Source: Chiloscyllium plagiosum (Eukaryota). Taken from it: a stretch of DNA of 64,000 bases. Made by a program: the position numbers and the translations under genes. This document shows, piece after piece, positions 38,796 through 51,829 of the stretch. Location: contig NC_057719.1 of NCBI RefSeq assembly GCF_004010195.1, positions 62,488,862-62,552,861 on the forward strand, written 5' to 3'. Within the stretch, counting starts at the first letter, position 1. Every line of letters begins with the position of its first letter. The notes beneath the pieces were generated by a model that ran no database searches, was not told where the DNA came from, and saw only the letters and a program-made list of their open reading frames with translations.

Positions 38796-40130
38796 CTACA
38801 TGGAGCCACAAGCACACAATGAAACTTCTCAAAGCAGTTTGAAGGCTCAATACAAAAATGTGACACGTGGTTACAAAAGCAACTATGAGATGACCAAAAT
38901 CTGGGTCAAAGAGATGGGCGTTAGGGTAGGTTTTAAAGGAGGGAAGTGAGGTTGAGAGGTGGAGAATTGTAGGAAGGGAATTCCAGAGCCTAGACAAGTG
39001 AAGGCAGAGCCACAAGTGTCAGAGCAATTATAATTGAGAGTATACAAGGCAACAGAATTAGAGGCAATCTCTGAGAGCTCTGGAACCTGATTTAAGGGGG
39101 GAAGGTGGGGGGAAAATCTTTGGAGTGATTTGAAAATGAGGATGAAAATTTTCAAGGCAGCACTTTGCTTGGCAGTTATAGGTCAGTGAGCCCAGCGGTG
39201 TTAGAGGAATGGAACTTGCTGCAAGTTAGGAAAGGGCAGTAGAGTTTTGGATTACCTCAAGTTGAAAGAGGATAGAAGGTGGGAGAGCAGCTGGAAGTGC
39301 ATTGGAGTGGTTAAATGTTGAGTATAACAATGTCATGGATAAGGGTTCAGGCATCAGACCAGCTGAGACAGGTAATGTTGCATGACGTTATAAAGGCAGA
39401 AATAGGTGCTCTTAAACTTGGCACAGATATAAACCAGAAGCTCATCTTATGATTAGGAGTGGATACCAGCATTGCAGACAGTCCAGCTTAATCTCAGCAT
39501 GTTGCCAAGGAGAGGGATGGGTATGGTAATAAGAGAATGAGGACCCAAAACAATGGCCTCCGTGTAGCCAATATTTAACTGGAGGAAATCTCTGCTCATC
39601 TAGTACTGGATGTCAGGTAAAAAGTCTGATAATTTACCAACAGTGGAGGGATTGAAAGATATGACAGTGGGGTCGAGCTGGGTCTCATCAATGTATATAT
39701 GACACTGTGTTTGTATGAAATCTCTGAGAGACAGCTTATAGATGAGAAATGGGAGGGACTAAGGGTAGATTCCTGGAAGCACCAAAGGTGTACAAGCAAG
39801 GAGAGAAATGATTGCAGGTGGTTTTCTGGTCATATTTAGACAGTAGAGAGGCATTGGAGGAGGTTGGTAGAAATCAAGCAGATTGAGAAGGAGGGAAAGA
39901 TTACCTTTGTCACAGTCACATTACAGGCCACTTGTGAATGTTGTAAGTACTTTTTTACTACATGGGCAGAAATGGAAATCTGATTGGAAGAAGGCAACTG
40001 TGAGATTCTAGAAAAGCTGGGAATGGATTTGGAGGGTGACGATGTGTTCAAGGTCTTAAGAGCAGAAAGGGAATTTTAAGTTGGCATATGAATTGGCCAG
40101 GTCGGTTGGGTTTTGCTTTTGAGGAGAGGA
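38796..40130 (-). mobile_element. L2 LINE RT and 3' end
   Basis: Reverse GASRNLP/QESTLSP (QGS-like), YIDETQL-like (YADDTQL), KILIxIFKSL and RLWNSLP..STSLPSFK, a typical L2 C-terminus. Confidence 0.8.
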
Positions 40131-40449
40131 GACTTATTGTTGAGATTACAATATCTAATTTGTCAGCTTTATGCATAGTGATAGGAAACAGACTCTGAAA
40201 ATATTTTCGACACATTTTGCTGAACTGTACATCTTGATCTGTAGGTACACTCCCTCATTCTCTGTCTGCGCTGCCTCACTCTTTACTTGTGATATGGTTC
40301 ACTTTCTCTTAATTCATCCATCACCCTTCACTGTTCCCCAGGCTCACTTGTTCTGATGGATGTGAAACTATTATTGCAGCTGGAGAGATGCGGGGTTACT
40401 TGTTGCTGTGCTAAACCTCCCCAACTGGAAATTTCTCTTCACAATAACA

Positions 40450-40560
40450 AAGGAATTTGAATTTATTCAGCATTTTCACAATTTCGGAGCATACCGAAAT
40501 GTTTTACAGCGCTTCAAGTGCTTTTGAAGTGGAGTCACCGTTGTAATGTCAGGAAACCAT
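40450..40560 (-). mobile_element. Deu-domain SINE 3' fragment (also ~4480-4590, ~22735-22790, ~57110-57230, ~58340-58480)
   Basis: Reverse complement cattacaacggtgactccacttcaaaagcacttg..ctgtaaaacatttcgg resembles the AmnSINE1/SacSINE1 Deu-domain 3' part. Confidence 0.55.
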
Positions 40561-41829
40561 TTTCACAATAGTACGCAGGAACAAGTTGAGTCAATTTTAT
40601 AATGGTGTAATAAAAGGGGAATGAAGCAAATGGAATGTGTGCGAATTAGTCCTGCATATGCATCTGCTTGCTTTATTCTGTGCAAAATTGGTATTTTGGT
40701 TACACACTTGGTTTTCAGAATTTAAAAATGTCAATTTTATTCCTGCACAGCATTAATAATGGGACCCTTCAAGCAGAACAATATGTCAGCTGTGTTATTA
40801 AGCAGCCTTCGCAAATTTCGATGAACATATTTCAATGTAATTAGTTTGGCTGTCGGTGTGATTTGAAGAGGCCGTGCCTTGTGGTTGCTGTAATTCAGAA
40901 TCTATCCAGTGTTGACTAAATGTTACCCTTGGAGCAGAAGGAAGGCCCAGGGGATGGGAAATGGAGAAAAATAGCAGAGATCAGGAATCCTTAAGGTGCA
41001 GGGATAATTGAGTTTGTCACTTGTGTCAAATTAAGACAGAATGCATAATGGTATAAAACACAAATAAAAGCTTTTGCTTTGAGAGCTGAACTGAGTGCAG
41101 CTGCCAGACATTAAGCTGTGCGGTCAGCTCCAAACTTTCTCAAGAAGCCCTCTCCTGCGTTTTTGAAACTCAAGGGATATGGTGTTATTGTCATGTTATG
41201 CACTTATATGATTACATATTAGGTGTTTAAGCATGACATACTTGGACTTTGACTGGAGTACAATACAATTTAGTTTACTGCTCAACTAGAAGTGGCTATA
41301 TTCTTAGTTCCTTCTCCCACCCAGCCCATGGTAGAGCCATGGAATGCAGAGAAGGACTTACTGTGGCTGAGGCAACTAAATTGAATTGTGGTACACGTTG
41401 CGGCCTGACAAATGGTATAAGCAATCTGGGCTTTTAGAGGAGAAACTAGGTGGTGATCCCTGAGAGAGATGTTCACATGAACCATAGAACATGTTTGAGT
41501 TTGTTCATGATGTTTAACCAGCATTCCCTGTCCAGACTAGCACAGGAAGATTAGCCTCTGGGGGAGAGGGAGAGAGAGTGACTGTCACGGAATTTCCTGT
41601 GTGTGCACAGTGGTACCTAGAGGCATCCTTAGGAGAAACAAAATGTAAAATCACAGTATCACACAAGGCAGAAGAGGCCATTTGGCCCAGGAAGTGTGTA
41701 CCACCAAAATAGACGACTATCTACATTCACCTCACTCGCCCATACTAGGCCCATAACCTTGGGTATTATGACATTTTAGTTGCTCACTTTTTGCACTTTT
41801 TAAAGGTTGTGCAGTTTCCTGCCTCAACT

Positions 41830-42429
41830 TTTTTAATTTCAAAAATATATTTATTCTTTATTATATATAGTCACAAATGCAGTTCAGTTCTGTACAGTAG
41901 CATATTTAGGAAACAAACAAACACTGGAGTTTGACTCAATCCAAACAAACCAGAGGTGTATCTTACTTGTACAAAACTATACTGAAATGCACTTGAGGCA
42001 CCGGAAGGTCCGATAATTAAAAGGATCCCCTTTACCTTCAGCAGACAGATTTCAGACGGTGGTCTTTGCCCACTGTGCTTTGGCGGCTCCTGCCCCAAGC
42101 TTTGGTGCATTCCTCAGCACATAGTCCTGGCCCTTGGAATGTCTCAGTCTGCAACATTCAGGCGAGGTCAACTCCTTGCTCTGGAAGGCCAAGTTTCGGG
42201 TGGACCAAAGAGTGTCTTTGACCAAGTTGATGGTCCTCCAGTCTCAATATTTGGCTTGGTGTGTGTCTTGAGAACAGAACATAGACCACGTGTTGTGACA
42301 CAGTCTGACTGGACATATGTGCATGATTTTACAGATGGTCTTGATGCTTGTTGGAAGGTTCTGGTGATAAGGCAGTCTGCCAAATGGCTCTTGACAGTCC
42401 GTTCAGGGAAGCACCTGCAGGATGCACTT
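41830..42429 (-). mobile_element. Tx1-like (L1 clade) non-LTR retrotransposon 3' end, inside a CR1 tail
   Basis: Reverse QDYVLRNAPKLGAGAAKAQWAKTTV*, AATAAA and an A-rich tail. gtttcctgcctc is duplicated at 41814-41825 and 42430-42441. Confidence 0.8.
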
Positions 42430-43169
42430 GTTTCCTGCCTCCTCTCCCCTCCCAGGCAGTGTATTCCAGATTTCCACCACCACCTAGCTGAAAGTATTTT
42501 TCCTTCGATCCCCTCTAAACCTCCTGCCTTTCACTTGAAAAGTATGACATCTTGATATTGACATAACACTATGTCAGGGTTGTTTGCAGGGTATCGGCGT
42601 TCATATTGGTAGCTGAAGGGCAACAGATCCTTTGTTTTGGTGTTCAAAATGCATGTTCTTTTTCTCCACATGATATTTAATCTGATCAATCAATATTAAA
42701 TTGTGAAGATCACCGATCCACCTCCAACCCAGCAATCCCCCCCAAAAAGAAAGCAAAGTTTGTTTCTGATAACATTACTGTATCATAATAAGAAATTGCC
42801 AAGAAGTATGGTTTTCATTACACACTGATTTCTCCCAGTTCAATGCGATAAAACGTCTAGAGCTTATGGATGAGAAGTTCAGGTCTTGTAAAGTTGAGAT
42901 TTCACCTTGCACAATCTCAATCCTTGTAAGAGTTTCCACCTTGCTGCTGGGTATTTAAGTTGCTGGATTCATTTCCGAGACTCTGTGTGTAATTTACAAA
43001 TTCTCGACAAATAAGTGCTCACTGCTAATTCCACCCTATTTGTGATTTAGGAGTTGGGTGTGAGAGCTAGTAAATGGATGTGATGTACAAAGAGTGAGCA
43101 TTATAGTCCATGAGGCTTGGTGAGATGAGTGTGAGGGTGGCAGAGTTATAGGAAGCATTGTGCCTGCAG

Positions 43170-43382
43170 GAGAGAAGACGATAAGACCGCATAATATCAG
43201 TAACCTTCTCACTGTGTTACTGTGTATTGAATTTCGTCCAGGACATTGTGTTGAGACAGGTTGTATGGTCTCTTTTTCCAGTCAGTGGAAAAAGCACAGC
43301 CATCCTTTCTGCCACCCTATTTACTAGTACCTCCCAAGTCCCGGTCTGTGAACTGAGGAGCTAACTTGCCTTTTTACCCCAT
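43170..43382 (-). mobile_element. Decayed Myb/SANT-like gene of PIF/Harbinger type
   Basis: With frameshifts: KGKLAPQFTDRDL-EVLVNRVAERMAVLFP..W..EKVTDIMRS. Confidence 0.55.
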
Positions 43383-43849
43383 TTCCTTTCAGAGAACACT
43401 GTAGGAGGACAGTGTGAAAGTCAGTTCCTGACTTGCAGTACCCAAGGTACCATGAAACTAGGTTTTAAATGTGGTGCCAGTGGTCTGAATGTTACAAAGT
43501 TCTAGAAGCAACAAACGCTTCTACCTTTCTGCCACACAGTTCCATGGCATGGGAACTGGGGAAGAGCATTGTATAATAACAGAGGCAAGGACAAAAGTTG
43601 ACCTGGGCTGTGACAACTGCCGTGACTCACCCGAAAAATGCCCACCTTGTACAAAAAAATAAACAAATTCAGCCCCCAGTCATTATTATTAGGTATAGAC
43701 AGGATCTCACCATGAAATGTCTTCACTCTTAGGAGTTTCCAAATGAACAAATTTATCTCGGGATAGAATGTATCTACTGCTCGACCACAGTAGAAGCAAA
43801 AATTAGTTAACGTTAATCAATATCAGTGCAATTAAAACAACTGCCATTG

Positions 43850-44032
43850 CTGAAAATCTGAAACACAAACAGAAATTGCTGGAAGAACTTAGCAGGTCTG
43901 GCAGCATTCTCTGGAGAGAAAGCGGAGTTCATGTTTCTGATCCAGTGATCCTCCTTCAGAACTGTTCTGAAGATCAGATGCTGGCAGATCTGCTGATTTT
44001 CTCCAGCAATTTCTGATTTTGTTTCAGTATTT
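43850..44032. mobile_element. Old palindromic PLE-pLTR mini-element
   Basis: Inverted arms joined at cttcagaac-t-gttctgaag (43954-43972), i.e. two CUGAAG boxes back to back. Confidence 0.75.
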
Positions 44033-45532
44033 GGAATCCTAACTTAAGAATCCTCGGATATTGTTCTCAGTTTGTGAGTTCTTGAGGAATTAAAAATTAG
44101 GTTATAAGCTTTCAGTAGATACTTAAGACTTTTTTTATTGAAATCACTTGAATTGTATTGTAGTAAGCAATATTATGTCATGGAGTTTATATCTTAATTA
44201 AAGATAGTCAGTTCACATATGTGTGCTGACTCCTCTAATAAAAGTAAGTATTTAATATTCTATCCACATAAACATTGTTTCCCACATGTTTGGTTAAAGG
44301 TAGATATAAAATGAAATTCTACTTAAATTTTAAACATGGTCTTCGCTTCAACCTAAAGGAAAGTAGGATGTCAAATCGAGTATTTCAAGAAGATTATACT
44401 CAGGGGCGTATAAGCCCTTAATGAGAAGAAATGTTTTTGCCTCAACCATTTTTATTAAGATAGAGGAATTCGTTGCAGTCTTCAACCCTATGTACTGTCA
44501 CAGAATATGGCTGCCCTAATCTGTCTCTTCTGACCTTTGACGGCAAAGCTTTAAGCACACTTTTTACTGTTGTCAGTGGGAAGATTTGCTATTAATTATT
44601 GTGAAAACATGTAACTGCAGAATTGTTGCCAGATCATAAAAATCTATTTTTAACAAGTTTCGTTTGGAGTAAAACAACAACAGACGTAAGGCCATTTGAC
44701 CTCCTGAACTCTTGGCAGTGCGACCTAAAAGCTCGCTTTTGGCAAAATTTCAGATTCTCTCTCTCTCTCTCTCTCGCTCATCGTAATTGGCTTTGCTTGA
44801 AATTTAACACCTTAGTTGATGGATTAACCTGATGATTTTTCTTGGCCATTGCATGCATTTATTGTATACTTATGAATATAAGTGCCAAGTCTGTTGAAAG
44901 TAAGGAGATGCCATGTGATTTTAGAATCTCTTAATTTAGCAGATAGTGTCTTAACTTCCATCTCCTCACTTTATCCCTGTGTGGGATTTAGCTGAATGTA
45001 AATATTGCTCTGATAAAACTTTTTGATGTTTAATAATTAGATGATCATTATCATAATGATAGAGCAGTTAGTGTGACAGTCGAATTTTCTACTTGATAAG
45101 GGTAGCAAATGAGAAGATGTTCATTGAACCAATAAATTATCTTAAGTAAATCTATGTCAGGTGTTCATAGTTTTGATAAAGCAAATACCTCATTTATATG
45201 TCTTGATAATTGAAATAAGGGGTATAATTTGCTGTAACTGTGAATCTAATGGCATTTGTTATTAAGTATATTTATTCTTTCATCTTCAAGTTTTCAGCAT
45301 TTTGTACAACATGCTGCAAAAAATTATCACATTCTGTAACTTGAGTGAAAAAGAGCAATTATGTATATCCATAATCAGATTGAAGCATTGTTTATTTTTC
45401 AGTGCAGGGACTGAGAAGTTGGTGCAAATTAGAGTGGGTGAATTTGACATCAGATCCTCTATGGTTATAGAAAAGATTAAACTCATTGAGAAAGAGACAA
45501 AAACAAGGCAAATATTTAAATATTATAACTTT

Positions 45533-46036
45533 CTGGATGTAGGTTTGCTCGCTGAGCTGGGAGGTTCATTTCCAGACATTTCGTCAACCTACGAGATAAC
45601 ATCTTCAGTGGGCCTCAGGCAAAGCAGTGCACATGATCCCTGCTTTCTATTTGTATGTTTGGGTTTGTTTAGGTTGGTGATGTCATTTCCTGTGGTGATG
45701 TCATTTCCTGTTCTTTTTCTCAGGGAGTGGTAAATGGAGTCGAACTTGATGTGTTTGTTGTTCGAGTTCAGGTTGGAATGCCATGCTTCTAGGAGTTTTC
45801 GTGCATGTCTCTGTTTGACTTGCCCTAAGATGGATGTGTTGTCCCAGTTGAAGTGGTGTCCTTCCTTATCTGTATGTAAGGAGACTAGTGAGAATGGGTC
45901 ATGTCGTCTTGTGGCTAGTTGGTGTTCATGTATCCTGGTGGCTGGTTTTCTGCCTGTTTGTCCAATGTAGTGTTTGTTACGGTATTTTGTACAGACAGGT
46001 CCTCAATTCGAGCTACAAATCTTCTCAAAACTCGCT
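45533..46036 (-). mobile_element. Penelope-like element 3' part (third family) with a short inverted terminus
   Basis: Reverse HYIGQTGRKPATRIHEHQLATRRHD..FNWDNTSILGQ..EAWHS. Hammerhead CCA-CUGAAGA-U-GUUAUCU..GGUUGAC-GAAAU-GUC-UGG at 45575-45608. Inverted end fragment at ~46000-46036. Confidence 0.88.
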
Positions 46037-46458
46037 AATGTTATACTTTTTTTTTAAAAGCTTAAACAACTAAAACCTGAAGGAATGAGACTTTTCATTT
46101 GTGCTTCCACATTGGTTCTTCATTATTTTATGACATTGCAGGAGTCCCATCTACATCATGTTATGTTACTTCGTTCGTGTAATTTCTTTTTGAAAGTATA
46201 TAGCCAACTGTGGGACCACGCAACTGATGTTCATGAGCAGAATTCTAGTGTTTGAGAGTCATCTTTCACTCTCTCTTTCTCATCGTTTTAGGCCTCCCAT
46301 TCTTCCCTCACTCCAACTTCAATTTCTTGCACTTGAATTTCTTTTCTGATGTGACCAAAGTTTAATGATATAGCGTGGCATTTTCAGGAACTGAGACTGT
46401 GTGATCCCCTTGATCAGTGGCCAACCAAATCAGTGGAAACCAGGTTGTATCCTCATTA

Positions 46459-46630
46459 TGAGAAAATGAGGACTGCAGATGCTGGAGATCAGAGTCGAGA
46501 GTGTGGTGCTGGAAATGCACAGCCGGTCAGGCAGCATCCGAGGAGCGGGAGACTCGATGTTTTAGGCATAAGCCCTTCATCGAGAATCTTCCTGACGAAG
46601 GGCTTATGCCTGAAATGTAGATTCCCCTGC
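46459..46630. mobile_element. Palindromic young PLE-pLTR mini-element
   Basis: aggcataagcccttc..gaagggcttatgcct is inverted about ~46585. Plus-strand CUGACGA-A-GGGC-UUAU-GCCU-GAAAU-GUA at 46592-46619. Confidence 0.85.
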
Positions 46631-47249
46631 CAAGGTAGCCAAGGTTGGAAAGTCACTCAGGGATCGTTTGCCATATTGATTTTCAGGGCCTTTAAATTGT
46701 AGAGTGAAAACTGTAAATTTCTCAGAGCTTATTCTATGTTTTTGTGTGACCAATAGTTTCACAGTGCTAACCGTTCTATTTGAGTTAAACATGAAAAGAT
46801 TATGTTTGCTCGAAACTGTCTCCGAAACCTTGGCAACAGCACTTTTGTCTTTGTATCTTTGAAGTAGTGATAGCTAAGTGCGATTAGGTAACATTGGCAA
46901 GATACAATGAATGCTATACAGAAGCGAGGATGGGGTTGCCCAGAGTTGTTGTTCGAATAAAGCAGAGTGATTTATTTTTACAGGGCTCCCACTTTGCTTT
47001 CACCTTCAGCCTAATGGTGCCCAAGCAGAGGAGAGTGAGGGGGATTGGGGGTGTGCTTTAGGAGATGGGCATTCATGCTGAAACTCCCATAGCTGTCAAG
47101 GTCTTCCTGCTGGCAGCTAGGTCTTTCTGATGTTGTGCTGCTGACTCCACTTCTTGATATCCATTTTAAGCTCACTGTGCAAATTGTTGCAGGAAATTTG
47201 TGGACACTTTTCTCTAGGATCGAGGTATACCCCAAGTTAACACAAAGCT

Positions 47250-48105
47250 GGGTTGGAGGGTGAGTTTTGAGGAAGATGCAGAGTTGATTTGGGCAAGTTG
47301 AATGAGTGCCCAAATGCATGGCAGACAAACTACAGTATATTTAAATGTGAGGTTAAGCACTCTGATAGCCAAAATGGGAAGGCGGATTCTTATCTGAATG
47401 GTGATAGTCTGGGAAAGTGGAGCTGGATGCAATGACAGCTGTGTCCTTGTGCACCAGTTGCTGAAAGCAAGCAAGAAAGTGCAGCATGCAGTGAAGAAGG
47501 CAAATGGTAAATAGGAAGAGGATTTGAGTACAGGAGCAGAGATGTCTTGCTGCAGTTGTGACATCGGTGAGATCGCACCTGGCCTGGTGCATTGTATGCA
47601 GCTTTGGCCTCCTTATCTGAGGAAGGGTATTCTGGCTACGGAGTGAGTGCAGTAAATGTTTACCAGGCTGATTGCTGGGATGGCAGGATTGATGTATGAA
47701 GAGAGATTGGATCGGTTAGGATTGCATTGTCTGGAGTTTTGATGGATGAAGCGGATCTCCCAGAAACCTACAAAACTCTAACAGGACTAGACGAGGTAAC
47801 TGCAGGAAGGATGGTCCCAATGACCAAGGAGTCCATAACCAGGGGTCACAGTCGAAGGAGACAGGGGAGGCCATTTCAGATGGAGATGAGAAATTTCTTC
47901 ACCCAGAGAGACGAGAGCCTGTGAAAGAAAGTGGTTGAAGCCGAAACATTTAACCATTTCAAGAAGGAGTTAGATATCCTACTTAGAGCTAAAGAGATCA
48001 AATGGTATGGAGAGGAAGCAGGAGTTGGATGGTAAGCCATGATCATATTGAATGGTGGAACAGGCTTGAGGGGCTGAATTTTCCTGTTCCTGTTTGCTAT
48101 GTTTC
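47250..48105 (+). mobile_element. CR1 LINE 3' part
   Basis: RT C-terminus (ETYKTLTGLD..TRGHS..MRNFFTQR) and CR1 3' UTR. Confidence 0.85.
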
Positions 48106-48427
48106 AACTGTACCTTGCAGGGAGATCTGGAAGGCAAGTCAGAAAACGTGTGTTTTTTTTTATCAGTGCAATTCTGCCTCCTGCATCCATGTTGGTTTGC
48201 TTTAGCAGGATGCCACAGATCCTGAGCTCAGTTGCACGTGGGGCTGTTTCAGAACATTGCACTTCAGTTGGTTTGAAGCCCTGCTCTTCCCTCAATTTTC
48301 TGCATTGCAATTGTATTTGCAAGGCTCCTACTATATGGTTCAATTCCTACAATGGCTGATGTCATCATGAAAGCCCTAATCTCTCAGGATGAACTCAACC
48401 ACCAGTCATCTCTTTCAGTGTCTCTCT

Positions 48428-48650
48428 CAAACAAAGACAGAAATTGCTGAGAACACTCAGCAGGTCTGGCAGCACCTGCAGAGAGAAAGCAGTGTTAACG
48501 CTTTGGGTCCATTGACCCTCCTTCAAGCGTTTTGAAGAAGGGTCACTCAACTGGAAATGTTAACTCTGATTTCTCTCCACAGATGCTGGCAGACTTGCTG
48601 AGTTTTCCCAATACTTTGTGTGTTTCAGTTTTCCAACATTTGTGGTTTTT
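48428..48650. mobile_element. Old palindromic PLE-pLTR mini-element
   Basis: Inverted arms meet at cttcaa..ttgaag (48521-48537). Degenerate hammerhead UUGAAGA-A-GGGUC..GAAAUGUU. Confidence 0.75.
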
Positions 48651-50142
48651 TAGTTTCTCTCTCTCTCTCTCTCGGTACGCCTGCGGTCCTTTGGGACTAT
48701 GGCGACTTTCACTTCACTTCACAAAAGTTCCTGATAATTTCAGAGATTACGCTTGCTTGCAAATCACAATTCTCGCTGTGATGGTTACAAAGCTATTTGG
48801 CTTCCCAGCTTCCTGGCTCTCAGTTATGGTGGTTTGGTGGATTCTGCTTTGAAAATTACATGTGTCATTTCTGAGCTGTGTCAAACCAATATTTTCCATT
48901 GAAAATAACTGCGTGCATCTAGAGAATTTGGAAACGAGCCTGGAAATTTCTCTGAAGAACTTGCCAATTGAAAGTTGGGAAGATTGCACTCATCAATGAG
49001 GGACCACGCAATCGGGAGGGAACACCTTTCCAAAGCCCAAGACAGCTTTGGGAAGTGTTGGTAATGATTCTTGGGAGTCTGACTTTCTTCCGCATGTTGT
49101 GAAGAAAGAAACTTGCTTTTGTTATTTACTGCATGCAGCCTTGGGATTTAATTTCCATTTGCAGGCAGTCCGTAGTTTTACATTTTTTTGATAATAGTTC
49201 ACACCTCTGATTTTATGCTTATAATTGAGAAGCAAGTGGGCAGGTCAGTTTAGAGTACTATATATATATGTGCTCAATATACATGTTAAATCAATGGAAC
49301 CAGCCAAAGAAAGAGAGGTTTATTGTGCTTGTCAAATGCTTCCTTCTGGTATGCGTCCGATCTTTGAGGGAAACAAAGGTGATTTTTATTTAGTTACTGC
49401 TGAATGACAGCAGTGTTTCAGTCAGACAGTGCTGCTTCTATAGGGGAACTGCTCAGATAAAGGATTGCATTGTAATTCTGAGTGCAGCAGGGATTGCTGC
49501 TGCTGCCAAATGCCGGCTGTGTCAATGCTCCCAAAGATCCAAACACAGGAGGGACAAGTGGAGCAGCAGCTGACATCCCCAGGCGACGGGAGCAGCCGGT
49601 ATTTCAAACCAAGCTGTTTGCTGCTGTGGCGTGAAGTGCAGCAAAGCCTTTTTGAGATGTATTAAGAGGTAAGTGCAATTCATTCAAACAGCATTGGATT
49701 TGATTTTCAAATTGCGTTCCTGCAGTATCACAACTTCTAGGTCTTATTAATACTTTTCCTCCTCTTACTCTCCCTGCTCCCACTGTTCCTTGGAAGCTTG
49801 TATTGCATGCTGAATATTGATTGTGCTGTAGACAGCAATGCTTCTGAAAGGGTTAATGTTCAAACTACATTGGTTCTGCCCGTTCTACCCATGTCACATA
49901 GGTTGTGCCCGGAGAGCAATTGTATTCTAGCTTTTGAAGGGAGCACAGTATCTCTACCTGCTTTGGAAACAAAACATTATTGGAAATCCCAGTGGGTCAG
50001 GCAGCATCCAAGGAGAGAGAGCAAGCTAACATCTCGAGCCTAAATGACACTTCAGCATCTCTGACTGCTTCCTGTATTTGTTGCTGTCATGCACTTCGAT
50101 CTCCTTGGTTAATAAGAACGGTGCTTATCTATGTTGTGCATC

Positions 50143-50314
50143 CAGAGTGTGGTGCTGGAAAAGCACAGCTGGTTAGGCCGCATCCGAGGAGCAAGAGAAT
50201 CAACGTTTTGAGCATAGGCCTGTCATCAGGCTCCTGCTCCTCTGATGCTCTCTGACTTTTCCAGCAGCACACTCTCGACTCTGATCTCCAGCATCTGCAG
50301 TCCTCATTTCTCCT
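50143..50314. mobile_element. Palindromic young PLE-pLTR mini-element
   Basis: agagtgtggtgctggaaaag / ttttccagcagcacactct arms, a degenerate reverse hammerhead at ~50201-50229, and a gcagtcctcatttctcct end. Confidence 0.82.
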
Positions 50315-50619
50315 TGTTTTGGTGTATCGTCTACCATTATTCACTAGGTAGGTCAAAGATAAAGCCAAGGCAAAAGGAGGATTAGTCTCGGCATACTACC
50401 TCAAAACAAACTTTAGCAAATACCACTTACTGGTAAAGGGGACAAATAACACAAAGTACTAGAAATGGTAATCTGGATAAATGCCAAAGATTGAACTTAC
50501 TTTGTCAACCTATTTGGTACCTCAACTGTATTCGTACACTGAGGAGTTGAAGGTTGAGCAAATCAGAGCTGAGGCTAATTGGCTCGGTGAGCCCTGAACT
50601 TGTAATTTTCTGGGTTGGA

Positions 50620-51000
50620 TATTCTCAAATGAGGGAGCAATAAATAGCTTCAATCTCCAGATATTGAGAAGGAGAGAAACTCCAGTAATTCCTCAGTGTT
50701 TGGTCCCCTGGTCCACAATGCTGTTGGAAAGTATGAGTGTTTTATGATCAAGTAAGGAGAAGGGCTGGTTAGCATAAAGGTGGTTGAATGGCTGTTGGAG
50801 AATTGTAGCTACAGAGAGATGCCAGAGGTCGACTGCATTCTGCCAAGTTTCTACTCTCAGAAGGAAAATGTCTGCGTACTGACATCACACTTGGTGCAAC
50901 AAAGATTCAAAGTGTGAACCCGTAACTGGTACCGAGTTGAGAAGTGGGGCAGCTTGAATTCCAATGCAGTGGCACAGAAGAGTCATTGATGGTGTGTAAT
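50620..51000 (+). mobile_element. Possible decayed Harbinger (HARBI1-like) transposase
   Basis: NSFNLQI (HSxNxQ-like), GPLVHNAV (GSxHDA-like), GWL..EWLL and QRFK occur in Harbinger order; very degenerate. Confidence 0.3.
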
Positions 51001-51829
51001 GTTAGTGCATGCAGCAGCTCAGCACTAAGCTGAAAACTGAAAGGCCCCCAGCACATTGTAAGGGAATCAGCTTCCTTTTAGCTGCAGCTATCAGAGTGCA
51101 TTGAGCAGAATGGAGCCAGGTCAGAATCTTGTTCTGACAACAGACTGGGGAATCTGCTGAGGTCAGTATCCTATCTGTTACAGTGATCGTCACTGGATTC
51201 CGGTGATTTTAAATGTAGTTGGTAGTGATTTGACGCAAATAAAAATAGTGGACAAGAAAATTCAGCAGGTCTGGCAGTGTCTGTAGAGAGAGAGAGAGAA
51301 ATAGCGTTACTGTTTTATATAACTCTTACTTGCATTGGGCACAATATCTATTTTAATAAAATTCACTTCTTGATACCGTGAATGATTTGTTTGTGTTAAC
51401 ACTTTTAAATTTGGACAGAGTGCCTGCAAAACGATGTTGCCTTGATGCTTTATGAGATTGTGACACAGGAAGCAGTGCACATTTTGAGTTGGGGATTACT
51501 TAGCGTCTTAGAAATATCCGCACATAATCCCACCTCACTGTCCCCACGTTCTCATGTTTTGATTGTTAAATTGGATGCCTTGCAGAGTTTGGAAATGTTT
51601 AGAACATCACGTCCAAGCAAGCTGCCAGAAAAATAAGTTTCTTGAAGCATTGGAGTCTCCAGTAATGTGCGGCACACAGCAAGTTTTTCAGATGCTGACA
51701 TCCAAGAAAAGATGTCTGCCTGCTGGGGATTAAGTTTTCAAAAATCGGGCACTTGTGTGGGAGATCTTGCTGCCAGAGACATGTTTTGAAATTCTCTTAC
51801 TGTGAAGAAGATTGAGGAGCAACAAACAT

